From NCBI GenBank assembly GCA_050246755.1, contig JBFWVL010000001.1:640001-704000 (forward strand): DNA of 64,000 nt, given 5' to 3'. Below are positions 18,565-28,675 of this stretch, piece by piece; within the stretch, counting starts at the first letter, position 1; each line of letters begins with the position of its first letter. The notes below the pieces were generated by a model. That model saw nothing but the letters and a program-made list of their open reading frames with translations, was not told the origin of the DNA and did not search any database. The stretch is from Bacteriovoracia bacterium (GTDB taxonomy: Bacteria > Bdellovibrionota > UBA1018 > CAIPTA01). A program made the translations under genes and the position numbers.

Positions 18565-19593
18565 ATGCGAATGATCTCTCTTACGATTCTTGGTTTCTCC
18601 CTCCTCGCTTCGGCCGCATACGCCGAACCTTCCACCCTCGCCGTGAGCATCGGTTCGAGCGCTCCGAAGGAATCTGCCTTCAAGCTCAAAGCCGGCCCTA
18701 GCCGCAACGAAGGCGGAGAACATCTGGTGCTGCGCCTCAGCTCGGTGAAGACGGTTACCGGAATCAAAATTTCTGGTTTCTCGGCAGGCCGCAAAGGCAA
18801 GACGGTGATCCGCAATGCGGTGGCCTTCAACGGCACCACGCAGACCGTGCTCGAGGGACTCACCAAGTTCGCGAAAGTAACGGCGGGTAATCCCACCAAC
18901 TACAAAAACTTAGTGCAGGTAGCGGACGGCCAGTTCGTGGAAGTGGCTCCGAACGCCGCGATGGGAAAACTTGACCTCACCGTGGAAGGCATGACCTCCT
19001 CCGACTCTTCCCTCCTCCTCGAAGTAACCTTCGCCGACTCGGTAACCGCCGATCACTTCCTGCTCACCCGCTCGGGCGACAAGGAAACGGCCGGCAATTA
19101 CCTGAACGAATCCAGCTACGCTAAGTTCACGGCCGCCCAGCTCGCCACCGTGATGAAAGTAGCCGCCGAACCCACCGCCGCAGAACTGGCCGGGAATACC
19201 TTCCTCTGCACCAGCTACTCGAAGCTCGATCCCATTCGCCTGGATTTCAAAACCCGCACCTACTACAGCGGCCCCGCCGGCGAGCTCCTCTCCAAGAGCG
19301 ACGCCGAAGGCCTCGATGATCGCTGGAACCACGCCGAGGACGGCCTCACGAAAGTGATCGAAAAGAAAAATGGCTGCGGCACTTTCAATACGCTGCACGT
19401 AGTTCGTCGCACCGGCGAAGGAAACCTCATCGCCGAAGTGGTGCTCGACCTCGATAACTACATCGATCTCTGCACCAAAGCCGGATACGATACTTCCGCC
19501 ACGCGGGAACTTCAGATGTACTCTAACTTTGCCTCAGTGCTGAATGCGAAATACGTGGCTGGTAATTACGAGTTCTGCAAGCCGAAGCAGTAG
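18565..19593 (+). CDS. Hypothetical secreted protein
   Basis: Signal peptide (ASAAYA); AGGA RBS before ATG 18565; genome-like codon bias; terminator downstream. Confidence 0.8.
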   Translation: MRMISLTILGFSLLASAAYAEPSTLAVSIGSSAPKESAFKLKAGPSRNEGGEHLVLRLSSVKTVTGIKISGFSAGRKGKTVIRNAVAFNGTTQTVLEGLTKFAKVTAGNPTNYKNLVQVADGQFVEVAPNAAMGKLDLTVEGMTSSDSSLLLEVTFADSVTADHFLLTRSGDKETAGNYLNESSYAKFTAAQLATVMKVAAEPTAAELAGNTFLCTSYSKLDPIRLDFKTRTYYSGPAGELLSKSDAEGLDDRWNHAEDGLTKVIEKKNGCGTFNTLHVVRRTGEGNLIAEVVLDLDNYIDLCTKAGYDTSATRELQMYSNFASVLNAKYVAGNYEFCKPKQ

Positions 19594-19615
19594 ACCTGAT
19601 TTTTCCGAAAATGAG

Positions 19616-19650
19616 AAAGCCTTCCAGCGCGAGCTAGAAGGCTTTTTATT
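19616..19650 (+). terminator. Intrinsic terminator, probably bidirectional
   Basis: AAAGCCTTC...GAAGGCTTTTT hairpin between convergent ORFs. Confidence 0.75.
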
Positions 19651-19696
19651 TGGTTGGGGGCGGATGATGCTCGAACTTTCGTTCAGCGTGGATGCC

Positions 19697-19957
19697 TTAG
19701 TTACAGCGCAGGTGGCTTGGAACAGGATACATGCAAGCGCTTGCATCTTCATCGTAGGGGCCAGGCAGGCAGGCCGCTATAATACAGAAGCCACCGTCGC
19801 TACTTCGAGCCGGGCCTGGATCGGCAGATATACACTCATAGGCGTGAGGATGTTTAGCGCAGTAACGCGCATTGGGATTCTGAGACTTCGATGAAGCTGT
19901 TGCTTGGGCTACCCCTGCAAATCCGAATACCAATAAACAATAAAATAACTTCGCCAT
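19697..19957 (-). CDS. Small Cys-rich secreted hypothetical protein
   Basis: 86 aa; signal-like N-terminus (AQA); 6 Cys in the mature part; GAGG RBS. Confidence 0.55.
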   Translation of the reverse strand: MAKLFYCLLVFGFAGVAQATASSKSQNPNARYCAKHPHAYECISADPGPARSSDGGFCIIAACLPGPYDEDASACMYPVPSHLRCN

Positions 19958-20132
19958 AGAAGCCTCGTGGTGGTTTTAAAACATACCTAATCCGAACGGT
20001 TTAAGCGCAGAGATATATCGCTACGCGTCAAGACGGTCAATAGTAAACTTCACCAAGGTCTTTACGTTGCTGGCAGATCAATGCCTTCGTTTCAACAAGA
20101 TCCTCTGCCCTAAGAAACCACCAAAAATAGCG

Positions 20133-20402
20133 TCATTGGGACAGCATGAGTGCCGCCGAACCATGAGCCACACACCCCCAAAAGAAACCCATTATGAAGA
20201 GCTGGACAATCGAAAAGGGAGTCAAAAATCTTATCCATTGCTTGAGAAAAGCCAACAGCGTGAATAAGACTCCGCCCAGTAGTCCCGAAAGCGGAATGAG
20301 GATCTGCAAGTACGAGAGCGTTGGCCCGACAGAAGTGCACGCTAGGAGCACTCCCAACAAAATCCCCAATACCGCAAGAATCGCAAAATGAAAGGGCTTC
20401 AA
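20133..20402 (-). CDS. Small hypothetical membrane protein (3 TM)
   Basis: 89-aa hydrophobic ORF with TTG start; a competing frame (20110..20412) exists. Confidence 0.4.
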   Translation of the reverse strand: MKPFHFAILAVLGILLGVLLACTSVGPTLSYLQILIPLSGLLGGVLFTLLAFLKQWIRFLTPFSIVQLFIMGFFWGCVAHGSAALMLSQ

Positions 20403-20556
20403 TATTACTCATCTTTTAGTGGGCCTACATAGTAAAAGCAAATCAGATCTTAGATTCTAAACAGAATGTACTTAGTAATTCCCTGGCTTTTGGAACAGGC
20501 CTGTATTCCAAATACAGACTGAATCCAGCAAACGGTTAGCCGTCTTCAGTATTCCG

Positions 20557-20592
20557 AAAAAAAAGCTTTCGAACGGAGGTTCGAAAGCTTTT
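20557..20592 (-). terminator. Intrinsic terminator of tRNA-Gln
   Basis: Perfect inverted repeat AAAAGCTTTCGAAC-GGAG-GTTCGAAAGCTTTT; the A-run gives a U-tail on the minus strand. Confidence 0.85.
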
Positions 20593-20597
20593 AAAAA

Positions 20598-20672
20598 TGG
20601 TTGGGGTGCTAGGATTCGAACCTAGGAATGACGGAATCAAAATCCGTTAACTTACCACTTGTCGACACCCCA
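20598..20672 (-). tRNA. tRNA-Gln(TTG), CCA encoded
   Basis: Reverse complement TGGGGTG TC GAC AAGTGGTAA GTT A ACGGA TTTTGAT TCCGT CATT CCTAG GTTCGAATC CTAG CACCCCA A CCA folds as a cloverleaf. Confidence 0.95.
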
Positions 20673-20768
20673 ACTCTGCAGATTGGTTATGCCATAACCT
20701 CGCTTAGATGCAATAGTTCCGGTCAGGTACACGGGATTTCTGCTCTGAGTCATTTCGGGTTTTTCGCG

Positions 20769-21281
20769 TCAATCCCAGCTAATGGTACCGCTGGTGCCAC
20801 CACTCGACTGTTTCTTCAGCCAAGCGTGCACCCGATGGGTGCGGCCCTCGAAGTACGTGTCTTCGGTGAACTCGAGGTCGTTGCCCACCTTCGTCCACGT
20901 CACGATCACTTTCCTCGCGGGGTACGGGAAGCGATTATCCAGGTAAGGATCATTGAGCTCGAAGCTAACGGAGCCTCTTTCGCTCGCGCGGCCCACCACG
21001 CGGTTGTCTTTCCAGAGCTGATCACCGTGTACGTCGAAGGAGACCGCATCCCAGGTGGTTACCACTTGGGCGCAGTTGCTCTCGATTTTGTGCACGGTCA
21101 CGGTTTCTTCGTTATGGGTGAGATTCAGCTCTACGCTGCAGGAAGAATGACCATAGAGAGTGTCGGAAACGGTAGCGGTGCCGCGCCAGCTTCCGCTGTC
21201 GGGGGCGAGGTCGCAACCGGTGAGGCCGAGGACGAACGATCCGGGGATGAGGGCGATGAGGAATTTCTTGTAGGTTTTCAT
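20769..21281 (-). CDS. Hypothetical lipoprotein
   Basis: AAGGAG RBS before ATG 21281; lipobox LTGC; beta-rich. Confidence 0.8.
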   Translation of the reverse strand: MKTYKKFLIALIPGSFVLGLTGCDLAPDSGSWRGTATVSDTLYGHSSCSVELNLTHNEETVTVHKIESNCAQVVTTWDAVSFDVHGDQLWKDNRVVGRASERGSVSFELNDPYLDNRFPYPARKVIVTWTKVGNDLEFTEDTYFEGRTHRVHAWLKKQSSGGTSGTISWD

Positions 21282-21455
21282 GCAGGCTCCTTCTTTTTCG
21301 TAGATTCGGCCAGAGGCGGAATTTTTGACACAGAAGAGCGGGCTTTCGAGGGTGAGGTGGCTCTTTGGCCGCACGTACCGTGCGGGATCTTGTTTGGCGA
21401 TTGCGGGCGCGGATGCTATTTTTAGAGGGAATATTCGACTTTAAGGGAGACCTCC

Positions 21456-24400
21456 ATGGCCGCCAATCGTTTCGTGAAATTCACGTTTTTCCTTTTCACC
21501 TTCACGGCGTTTTTGCTCACCGGATGCGGAAGCTCAAACGAGAATAATTCGTTGGGCCAAGCCCAGGCGGAAAGCTGCACGCTTTCCCGCGCCGCGAATG
21601 GAGTGACGGACCCCAGCCGATGCGTGACGGACCAGTTCCAGCAGCCCACGCCACCCGCCACGAAAAAAGTGGATGTGCTCTTCGTGATGGATAATTCGGA
21701 AAGCATGAACCGCCACTGGCAACTGATGGCGCAAAAAATCGATCGCCTCATCCGCGAATTGCCGGCCGGCCAGGATATCCGCTTCGCCGTGATCATGGGC
21801 ACGATCCAGAAAAATACCGGCGTGCTTTTCTCGGCGCCCTCGGTGCCCAAAGTTTTGGACGGCACCAAGATGAGCTCGGCCCAGATTTCGGCTGCCCTCT
21901 CGAAAACCTTCGCCGAAGCACTCAAAGATAAAAACGTGGACTGGATCGGTGCGGGCGAAGCACTGATGTATAGCACCTACTACGCGGCCACCACGCACGC
22001 CAAAGAGATTCAGGCCCAAGGATTTTTCCGGGCCGATGCGGCCCTCGACGTGATTTTCATGAGCGACGATGCCGACGAAAGTTTCCCCTATCCCAGCAAG
22101 CAATTCTGGGATCTTCCGCCGAAATGCAACTGGTCGCACCACGAGAAGATGAGAAGGAGCTACCACCTCCCGCGCGGGATCAACGTGGATTCCACCTTCG
22201 CGGCCCTGCACAGCCTCAAGGGTGATCAGCCGGTGATCGCGAACGCCTTCGTGAACATCACCCGCGCCGATATCTTGGTAGACAATAAGCTTTCGGACAA
22301 ATGCATCTTCGATTCCCCCGGCCTCGGCTATTTCCAGATGGTGCAAAAAACGAACGGGGTGCTCTACAGCATCCACGGTGATAAAGGTGCCGGCCTCTCC
22401 CTTTGTGGTAAGGCGCTTAATACTCGCCTGGCCTTGATCCACGATTTCACTCTTTCCAAACCTTCGGATCTGGTGGACCCCGCTTCCATCGAAGCCAGCG
22501 TGGACGGCGAGAAGGTGGCCCATACCTACAACGCCGCCTCCAACGTGGTTCACCTGGAAAATTCCGGCCGCGCCGGCAGCACCGTGGCGATCCATCACTG
22601 CGAACCCGCGCCGCAGAACGAGTGGGCAATCAGCGCTTTCACGGGCAGCGCGGCCCAAACCACCGCGGCCCTGAGTTGGGAAACCGGGGAAACCGAGTCC
22701 AACAGCAAAGTGCTCTACGGAACGGATCCGAACGCGCTGAACGATTCCGTGAGCGATGCCTCGATGAGCCGGTCCCATGCTCTGCAGGTTTCCGGCCTTA
22801 GCCCAAACACCGTTTACTATTTCCAAGCCGTTTCAAAAGATAAAGATGGGCTCGAAAGAACTAGTGACGTGATTTCTCTGCGCACGAAACCCGACTGGGC
22901 CATCTCCCAGGTTTCAGCCCAAGCCTCGAGAAATACCGCCAGCGTCTCGTGGAATACCGCCGCGTATCCCACCTTCGGCCGCATCGTGTGGGGAACCTCG
23001 GCAAATCAGTTGGTAAATGCCAGCGCCGAAACTGCGCAGACGAACGCGCATACTGTGATGGTTGCGGATCTTTCTCCGAATACCGTTTACTACTTCCAGG
23101 CGATTTCCCGGGATGAATTCGGCCTCGAGAAGAGAAGCGCCGTGGTGAGCGCACGCACGGTAACCGATTGGTCAATCGTGGGCTTCGGCGGCAGTGCTTC
23201 GCGCACCGGCGCCACGCTCAGCTGGCAAACTCCCGAGTACGCTACTTCCGGCGTTGTGAAATATGGGCTTTCTGCGAATGCGCTCACGAACTCAGTGAAT
23301 GCCGAAGGCGAATCCACTTCTCACAGCGTTTCGCTAGCGAACCTGAATTCCGGCACTACTTACTACTTCCAGGCCTTCGCCGCCGACGATCTCGGCGCGG
23401 AGAAGAAGAGCGCGATCATTTCGCTCACCACCGTGGCCGACTGGGCGCTGGGAGACCTGACCCTAGGAGTTACGGAGAAGAGCTTCACCGCCAGCTTCTC
23501 CACGCCCGGCTATCCCACCACTGCCCGCATTCTCTGGGGCAGCTCGCCTTCGCTTGGTAACGAGGCCGACGCCGGCGACGGAATCGATCATCTCGCCACG
23601 GTAGAGGGCCTCAATCCCGATACCGATTACTATGTGCAAGCGGTAGCCAAGGATAACCTGGGCGTGGAACGCCAAGGCCTCGTGAAGGTGGTGCACACCA
23701 ATCCGATTCCTCTTCCCCAATGGTCCATCACGGATATCGCGGGAACGGCCACGGTGAATTCCGTTTCGCTTTCGTGGAATACAAGCGAGTACGCCACGAT
23801 CGGTACCGTGCGCTTTGGAAAATCTCCTGATGCCCTCTCGGGGTCGGTGGCCGAATGCGGATCGGGCATCACGCACTCCGTTACCGCGGCGGGCCTCGAT
23901 CCGGATACCACCTACTACTTCCAGATCGTAGCCCGCGATGATCGCGGCCAGGAGCAAACCAGCACCACGATCGCGATCCGCACCCAGACCCTCCCGCTGC
24001 CGAACTGGGAGATCACGGATTTCAATGGAACTCCCAGCATCCACTCCGTGAGTCTCCTCTGGAACACGAGTGCCTATGCCACCAAGGGTAAAGTGCGCTG
24101 GGGCCTGAGCCGCTCCGCACTTGATCAAGAAACCGCCGCGGAAACCAATGCCGCTACGGTTCACGGCACCCAGGTTACCGGCCTCAACGCAAATACCACG
24201 TACTATTTCCAAGTAGTGGCTTCCGACGATCGCGGCCAGGAAAAATCGAGTGAGGTGATCAGCGTAAGAACCGCCGTCGGTGTTCCGAATTGGAAAATCA
24301 CGGGCTTCGATGCCTCTACCAACGCGAATTCCGCCACCGTTATCTGGCAGACCGACGTTCCCACGAAAAGCACCCTGAGCGTGGGACTAAGCGAGACCGA

Positions 24401-24866
24401 TCTCACCTTCAAAACGATCGAGCTAAACGCCTTCAACGAATCCCACCTGGTGACCGTTACCGGGCTGAGCCCGAATACGCGCTACTACTTCCGCGTATTG
24501 GCCACCGACGGGGACGGAGGATCCGTAACGAGCACGGTGCTCACGAAAACGACGAAGCCGGCGGGCAAATCGAAGTTGACCGAGCCCAGCTGGAAGATCA
24601 CGGGATTCGACGGATCCACTAACTCCAATAGCGCCACGCTCATCTGGCAAACGGACGACGTGCCCACCAAGGCCGTAGTGCGGGTGGGACTGACGCCCAC
24701 GAATCTCACTTACCGTGAAGTGGACGTTCCGGATTTCGATCCCGTCCACCTCGTGACGGTTTCGAATCTTCCACCGCGCACGAAGTTCTACTTCCGGGTT
24801 TGGGCCACGGACCAAAACGGTCTTGAGTCCACCAGCACGGTGCTCTCGAAAACCACTAAGCCCTAA
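21456..24866 (+). CDS. Large surface lipoprotein: vWA domain plus 8 fibronectin type III-like repeats
   Basis: Lipobox LTGC; VDVLFVMDNSESM (MIDAS DxSxS); 8 repeats of W.I...W.T...H...L.P.T.YY. Confidence 0.9.
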   Translation: MAANRFVKFTFFLFTFTAFLLTGCGSSNENNSLGQAQAESCTLSRAANGVTDPSRCVTDQFQQPTPPATKKVDVLFVMDNSESMNRHWQLMAQKIDRLIRELPAGQDIRFAVIMGTIQKNTGVLFSAPSVPKVLDGTKMSSAQISAALSKTFAEALKDKNVDWIGAGEALMYSTYYAATTHAKEIQAQGFFRADAALDVIFMSDDADESFPYPSKQFWDLPPKCNWSHHEKMRRSYHLPRGINVDSTFAALHSLKGDQPVIANAFVNITRADILVDNKLSDKCIFDSPGLGYFQMVQKTNGVLYSIHGDKGAGLSLCGKALNTRLALIHDFTLSKPSDLVDPASIEASVDGEKVAHTYNAASNVVHLENSGRAGSTVAIHHCEPAPQNEWAISAFTGSAAQTTAALSWETGETESNSKVLYGTDPNALNDSVSDASMSRSHALQVSGLSPNTVYYFQAVSKDKDGLERTSDVISLRTKPDWAISQVSAQASRNTASVSWNTAAYPTFGRIVWGTSANQLVNASAETAQTNAHTVMVADLSPNTVYYFQAISRDEFGLEKRSAVVSARTVTDWSIVGFGGSASRTGATLSWQTPEYATSGVVKYGLSANALTNSVNAEGESTSHSVSLANLNSGTTYYFQAFAADDLGAEKKSAIISLTTVADWALGDLTLGVTEKSFTASFSTPGYPTTARILWGSSPSLGNEADAGDGIDHLATVEGLNPDTDYYVQAVAKDNLGVERQGLVKVVHTNPIPLPQWSITDIAGTATVNSVSLSWNTSEYATIGTVRFGKSPDALSGSVAECGSGITHSVTAAGLDPDTTYYFQIVARDDRGQEQTSTTIAIRTQTLPLPNWEITDFNGTPSIHSVSLLWNTSAYATKGKVRWGLSRSALDQETAAETNAATVHGTQVTGLNANTTYYFQVVASDDRGQEKSSEVISVRTAVGVPNWKITGFDASTNANSATVIWQTDVPTKSTLSVGLSETDLTFKTIELNAFNESHLVTVTGLSPNTRYYFRVLATDGDGGSVTSTVLTKTTKPAGKSKLTEPSWKITGFDGSTNSNSATLIWQTDDVPTKAVVRVGLTPTNLTYREVDVPDFDPVHLVTVSNLPPRTKFYFRVWATDQNGLESTSTVLSKTTKP

Positions 24867-24875
24867 AATAGAAAA

Positions 24876-24904
24876 GAGGCGGAGTCCGCTAGGACCTCCG
24901 CCTC
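24876..24904 (-). terminator. Terminator hairpin between the convergent vWA gene and clpB
   Basis: GAGGCGGAG...CTCCGCCTC with an A-tract on its left. Confidence 0.7.
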
Positions 24905-24917
24905 CAGTGGAGGGAAT

Positions 24918-27074
24918 CTAGGCCGGCAGGATCTTCAATCCGCCTTCGGCCTTCACTACCTTAAAGCTCGAGCCCGCTTTGTACGCACCCGCAAGCACGG
25001 TTTGCGCCAGCGGGTTCTGAAGCTCGCGCTGGATCGCGCGGCGCACGGGGCGCCCGCCGAACTCTGGATCCCAGCCGGCTTCGGCGAGGTAGTCGATCGC
25101 GGCGGGTTCTACGTCGAGGGTAATGCCCTTCGCGTTCACGAGTCGCTTCACTTCGCCGATCTGGATTTCCACGATGCGGTGGATCTGGTCTTTGCCGAGG
25201 TTCTCAAATACCACCACGTCGTCCACGCGGTTGAGGAATTCGGGCTTCACGGTTTGGCGCAAGGTTTCTTGCACGGCTTCTTTTCGTTTCTCACGCGAAA
25301 GCGAAGCATCGAGGAAAAAACGAGCGCCGATATTCGAGGTGAGGATGATCACGGTATTAGAGAAGTCCACCACGCGGCCCTGGCCGTCGGTGAGGCGGCC
25401 GTCGTCGAATACTTGTAGGAAAATATTCTGCACATCGGGATGGGCTTTCTCGAACTCGTCGAAGAGGAGCACGGAATATGGGCGGCGGCGCACGCTCTCG
25501 GTGAGCTGGCCACCCTCTTCGTAGCCCACGTAGCCCGGAGGGGCGCCGATGAGGCGGGCCACGGAGTGCTTCTCCATGTACTCACTCATATCGATGCGCA
25601 CCATGGCGGCTTCGTCGTCGAAGAGGAACTGCGCGAGGGCTTTGGCGGTTTCGGTTTTTCCCACGCCGGTGGGGCCGAGGAAGATGAAGGAACCAATGGG
25701 ACGATTCTCGCCCTGCAATCCGGCACGCGAGCGGCGGATGGCGTTGGCCACGGCCTCGAGGGCTTCGTCTTGCCCGACCACACGCTGGCGCAAACGCTCT
25801 TCCATCTTGAGTAATTTTTCCTGTTCACCCTCGAGCATTTTGCTCACGGGGATGCCGGTCCACTTGGAAACCACCTGGGCGATGTCTTCTTCGTCCACTT
25901 CTTGGCGCACGAGCTGAGCGCCCTCGGCGGAGAGATCAGCGCTCTGTTTAGCCAATTCTTTTTCGAGGTTGGGTAATTTTCCGTAGCGAAGCTCGGCGGC
26001 TTTTTCGAGATTGCCCTGGGCCTGGGCCACTTCGGCCTCCCCGCGCAGGCGCTCGATCTCTTCTTTGGTGCGGGTGATGCCGGTGATCACGTCTTTTTCT
26101 TTGCGCCAAATGGTCTTGAGCTTGGTGGTTTTTTCTTTAAGTCCAGAGATCTCGCCTTCGAGCACGCCGAGTCTATCTTTGGAAGCCCGGTCGGTTTCCT
26201 TTCTCAGCGCCTGGCGCTCAATTTCGAGCTGCAGCAGGCGGCGATCGAGTTGGTCGATCTCTTCGGGCATGGAATCGATTTCCATCCGCGTTTTGGCGGC
26301 GGCTTCGTCCATGAGGTCGATGGCCTTATCGGGCAGGAAGCGGTCGGTAATGTAGCGGTGGGAAAGCGTGGCCGCGGCTACCAACGCGGAATCCTTGATC
26401 GTTACCCCATGATGCACTTCGTATTTTTCTTTGAGGCCGCGCAAGATGGAAATCGTGTCTTGCACGCTGGGCTCAAGCACGAGGCACTGCTGGAAGCGGC
26501 GCTCGAGGGCCGGATCTTTCTCGATGTACTTTTTGTATTCGTTGAGGGTGGTGGCGCCCACGCAGCGAATCTCGCCGCGCGCGAGAGCGGGTTTGAGCAA
26601 GTTTGAGGCGTCCATCGCGCCTTCAGCGGCACCAGCGCCCACGAGGGTGTGGATCTCGTCGATGAAAAGCACGATCGCGCCTTCTTTTTTCTCCTGCGAA
26701 TCCTGCACGCCCTTCAGCAAAGCTTTCAGGCGCTCTTCGAATTCCCCGCGGAACTTGGCGCCGGCGATGAGCGCGCCCATATCGAGAGATAGTAAGCGGT
26801 TATTTTTTAGGCTCTCCGGTACGTCACCGCTGGCGATGCGCTGGGCGAGGCCTTCCACCACGGCAGTTTTCCCCACTCCGGGCTCGCCGATGAGCACGGG
26901 ATTATTTTTCGTGCGGCGGGAAAGGATCTGCATCACGCGGCGGATCTCATCGTCGCGGCCGATCACGGGGTCTAGTTTTCGCTCCTTGGCGAGTTTAGTA
27001 AGATCGCGGGTATAGGCGGTGAGCGGATCTTTTTCTTGCCCGTTCGGTACGTTGTATCCTTGGTTATTTGCCAT
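24918..27074 (-). CDS. clpB: ClpB disaggregase lacking the N-terminal Clp-repeat domain
   Basis: Two AAA+ modules ([16 protein letters not shown]); full M-domain coiled coil ([10 protein letters not shown]); AGGAGG RBS before ATG 27074. Confidence 0.93.
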   Translation of the reverse strand: MANNQGYNVPNGQEKDPLTAYTRDLTKLAKERKLDPVIGRDDEIRRVMQILSRRTKNNPVLIGEPGVGKTAVVEGLAQRIASGDVPESLKNNRLLSLDMGALIAGAKFRGEFEERLKALLKGVQDSQEKKEGAIVLFIDEIHTLVGAGAAEGAMDASNLLKPALARGEIRCVGATTLNEYKKYIEKDPALERRFQQCLVLEPSVQDTISILRGLKEKYEVHHGVTIKDSALVAAATLSHRYITDRFLPDKAIDLMDEAAAKTRMEIDSMPEEIDQLDRRLLQLEIERQALRKETDRASKDRLGVLEGEISGLKEKTTKLKTIWRKEKDVITGITRTKEEIERLRGEAEVAQAQGNLEKAAELRYGKLPNLEKELAKQSADLSAEGAQLVRQEVDEEDIAQVVSKWTGIPVSKMLEGEQEKLLKMEERLRQRVVGQDEALEAVANAIRRSRAGLQGENRPIGSFIFLGPTGVGKTETAKALAQFLFDDEAAMVRIDMSEYMEKHSVARLIGAPPGYVGYEEGGQLTESVRRRPYSVLLFDEFEKAHPDVQNIFLQVFDDGRLTDGQGRVVDFSNTVIILTSNIGARFFLDASLSREKRKEAVQETLRQTVKPEFLNRVDDVVVFENLGKDQIHRIVEIQIGEVKRLVNAKGITLDVEPAAIDYLAEAGWDPEFGGRPVRRAIQRELQNPLAQTVLAGAYKAGSSFKVVKAEGGLKILPA

Positions 27075-27255
27075 AGAATTTCCTCCTGAGGTGGCCGGCG
27101 CAATGGCGCTCTCTTCCCTCAAAGAAAAGATGGTCATTATTTTACGTATGTCCAGATATCCATAAGTAACTGAAATTACTGTGCTTATACGACGCAATGC
27201 TTTGCCGGTGAAAGGCTTGAGTTCTCCGGGGGAGAAACTTAAGATCCATTGGCCG

Positions 27256-28665
27256 ATGCCACAGACCACTCTCAGCTTAGCCACCGCCGCTCTCGGGGCC
27301 GGTTTTTACCCCATAGAAAAATCGGAACAGTCCGAATGGGTTTGGTCGCAAGCGGGCACAGCCTCGATTCGCGGCACTGCTCCTGGCCGGCTGGAATATA
27401 AGTTTACGGCTCCCTGCATGGGCACCGAGGTCCGCTTGGAGCTCAATGGCAACCTCGCCGGCGTCTATACCTCCAACCATGATTGGCAGGATTTTTCTGG
27501 CAGCCTTTCTCTTCCGGAGCAATGGTCGCTCACGTTTGTGACGAATCGCTGGAACGGCAATGGCGCGGCGTTCGCGAAAGATGATTCCCGGGAAATCGCG
27601 CTTTTATTTAGCACGCTGGCGGTAAACCAAAATCCGGCGAATGCAAAACACAAAAACCTGAAAGGTAGAATTTGCCCGCTTCCCTTCGCGCGCCAGGAAT
27701 CTTTGCGTCCCTACACCCCTTGCTGCCGCTGGTTTCTCGAAGAGGAAATTCATTCGCAGGCTCACGAAGCGGATCCCTGGAATGGGGAAACCGCGCGGAA
27801 GCTGCGGGAAAGTATCTACGATGGATCCTACCGCTTCTGCAAAAGAGATCTCTGCCAAGTTCCCTTGCTGGGAATGGATGAGCTCGAGCAAGCGGAAATT
27901 CCCATCCACGCGGACAATATAAAGGCGATCCGCGCCGGCCAGGCTTATATGCCGAAAGGGCCCACCTCCCTCGCCATCTCCGCCGATCCGCGCTGCAATC
28001 TGGCTTGCTCTACCTGCCGCTCCCAACTGATCACCCAGCTCTCGAGCGAGGATCAAAAGGAAATGGATGCGCTCGATACGCTGCTGACCGAAAAACGCGA
28101 CTCCCTGCAAACGATCACCTTCGCGGTGAATGGCGACGTATTTTTCAGCCCCTACCTCAGAGGCCATCTCCAAAAGACCACCCGTGAAAAATTTCCCTGC
28201 CTAAAATCCATCGAGATTCTCTCGAACGGATTATTGTTCGACCAAAAAGCCCTTGATCAACTTCGTCCCGGATCGGATTTTATCAAGCGCGTGTGCATCA
28301 CCGTGGACGCCGGCGATGCGGAAACCTACCAAAGGGTCAGGGGCGGCAACTGGGAGCGGCTGGTGAAAAACCTCGAGTGGATGGCGGAACTGCGACGTTC
28401 CGGCCGGTTCGAGTGGCTCCGCCTTATTTTCGTGGTGCGGAAAGCTAATTACCGCTCCCTGCCCGATTTTTTTGCCCTGGCCGCGCGCCTGCAGGCCGAC
28501 GACGTACTGCTTTCCAAGCTGCAAAACTGGACGGAGATGAAGGACGATTTTCTTACCGAAGCGGTATGCGATCCTAGGCATGAAGAGCACGCCGGCCTGA
28601 AGGGGATTCTGTCTTCCCTGGAATCGCGGCCACAAAGCTTTCGCATTCAATCAAATTTAGTTTAA
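27256..28665 (+). CDS. Radical SAM protein with N-terminal beta domain and a SPASM/twitch-like Cys cluster placed before the SAM domain
   Basis: CNLACSTC (CxxxCxxC); CPLPF...PCC...WNG...C....C; start placed at ATG 27256. Confidence 0.85.
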   Translation: MPQTTLSLATAALGAGFYPIEKSEQSEWVWSQAGTASIRGTAPGRLEYKFTAPCMGTEVRLELNGNLAGVYTSNHDWQDFSGSLSLPEQWSLTFVTNRWNGNGAAFAKDDSREIALLFSTLAVNQNPANAKHKNLKGRICPLPFARQESLRPYTPCCRWFLEEEIHSQAHEADPWNGETARKLRESIYDGSYRFCKRDLCQVPLLGMDELEQAEIPIHADNIKAIRAGQAYMPKGPTSLAISADPRCNLACSTCRSQLITQLSSEDQKEMDALDTLLTEKRDSLQTITFAVNGDVFFSPYLRGHLQKTTREKFPCLKSIEILSNGLLFDQKALDQLRPGSDFIKRVCITVDAGDAETYQRVRGGNWERLVKNLEWMAELRRSGRFEWLRLIFVVRKANYRSLPDFFALAARLQADDVLLSKLQNWTEMKDDFLTEAVCDPRHEEHAGLKGILSSLESRPQSFRIQSNLV

Positions 28666-28675
28666 GATCGGCATC

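Noticed and set aside
20628-21425. 265-aa plus-strand ORF
   Set aside because: Overlaps tRNA-Gln and is antisense to a lipoprotein with clear RBS and lipobox.
21534-24815. Long minus-strand ORFs (430, 249 and 130 aa) inside the vWA gene
   Set aside because: Typical high-GC antisense shadows without motifs.
27075-27284. 70-aa N-terminal extension of ClpB in the ORF track
   Set aside because: No Clp_N similarity, overlaps the divergent gene, and a strong RBS precedes ATG 27074.
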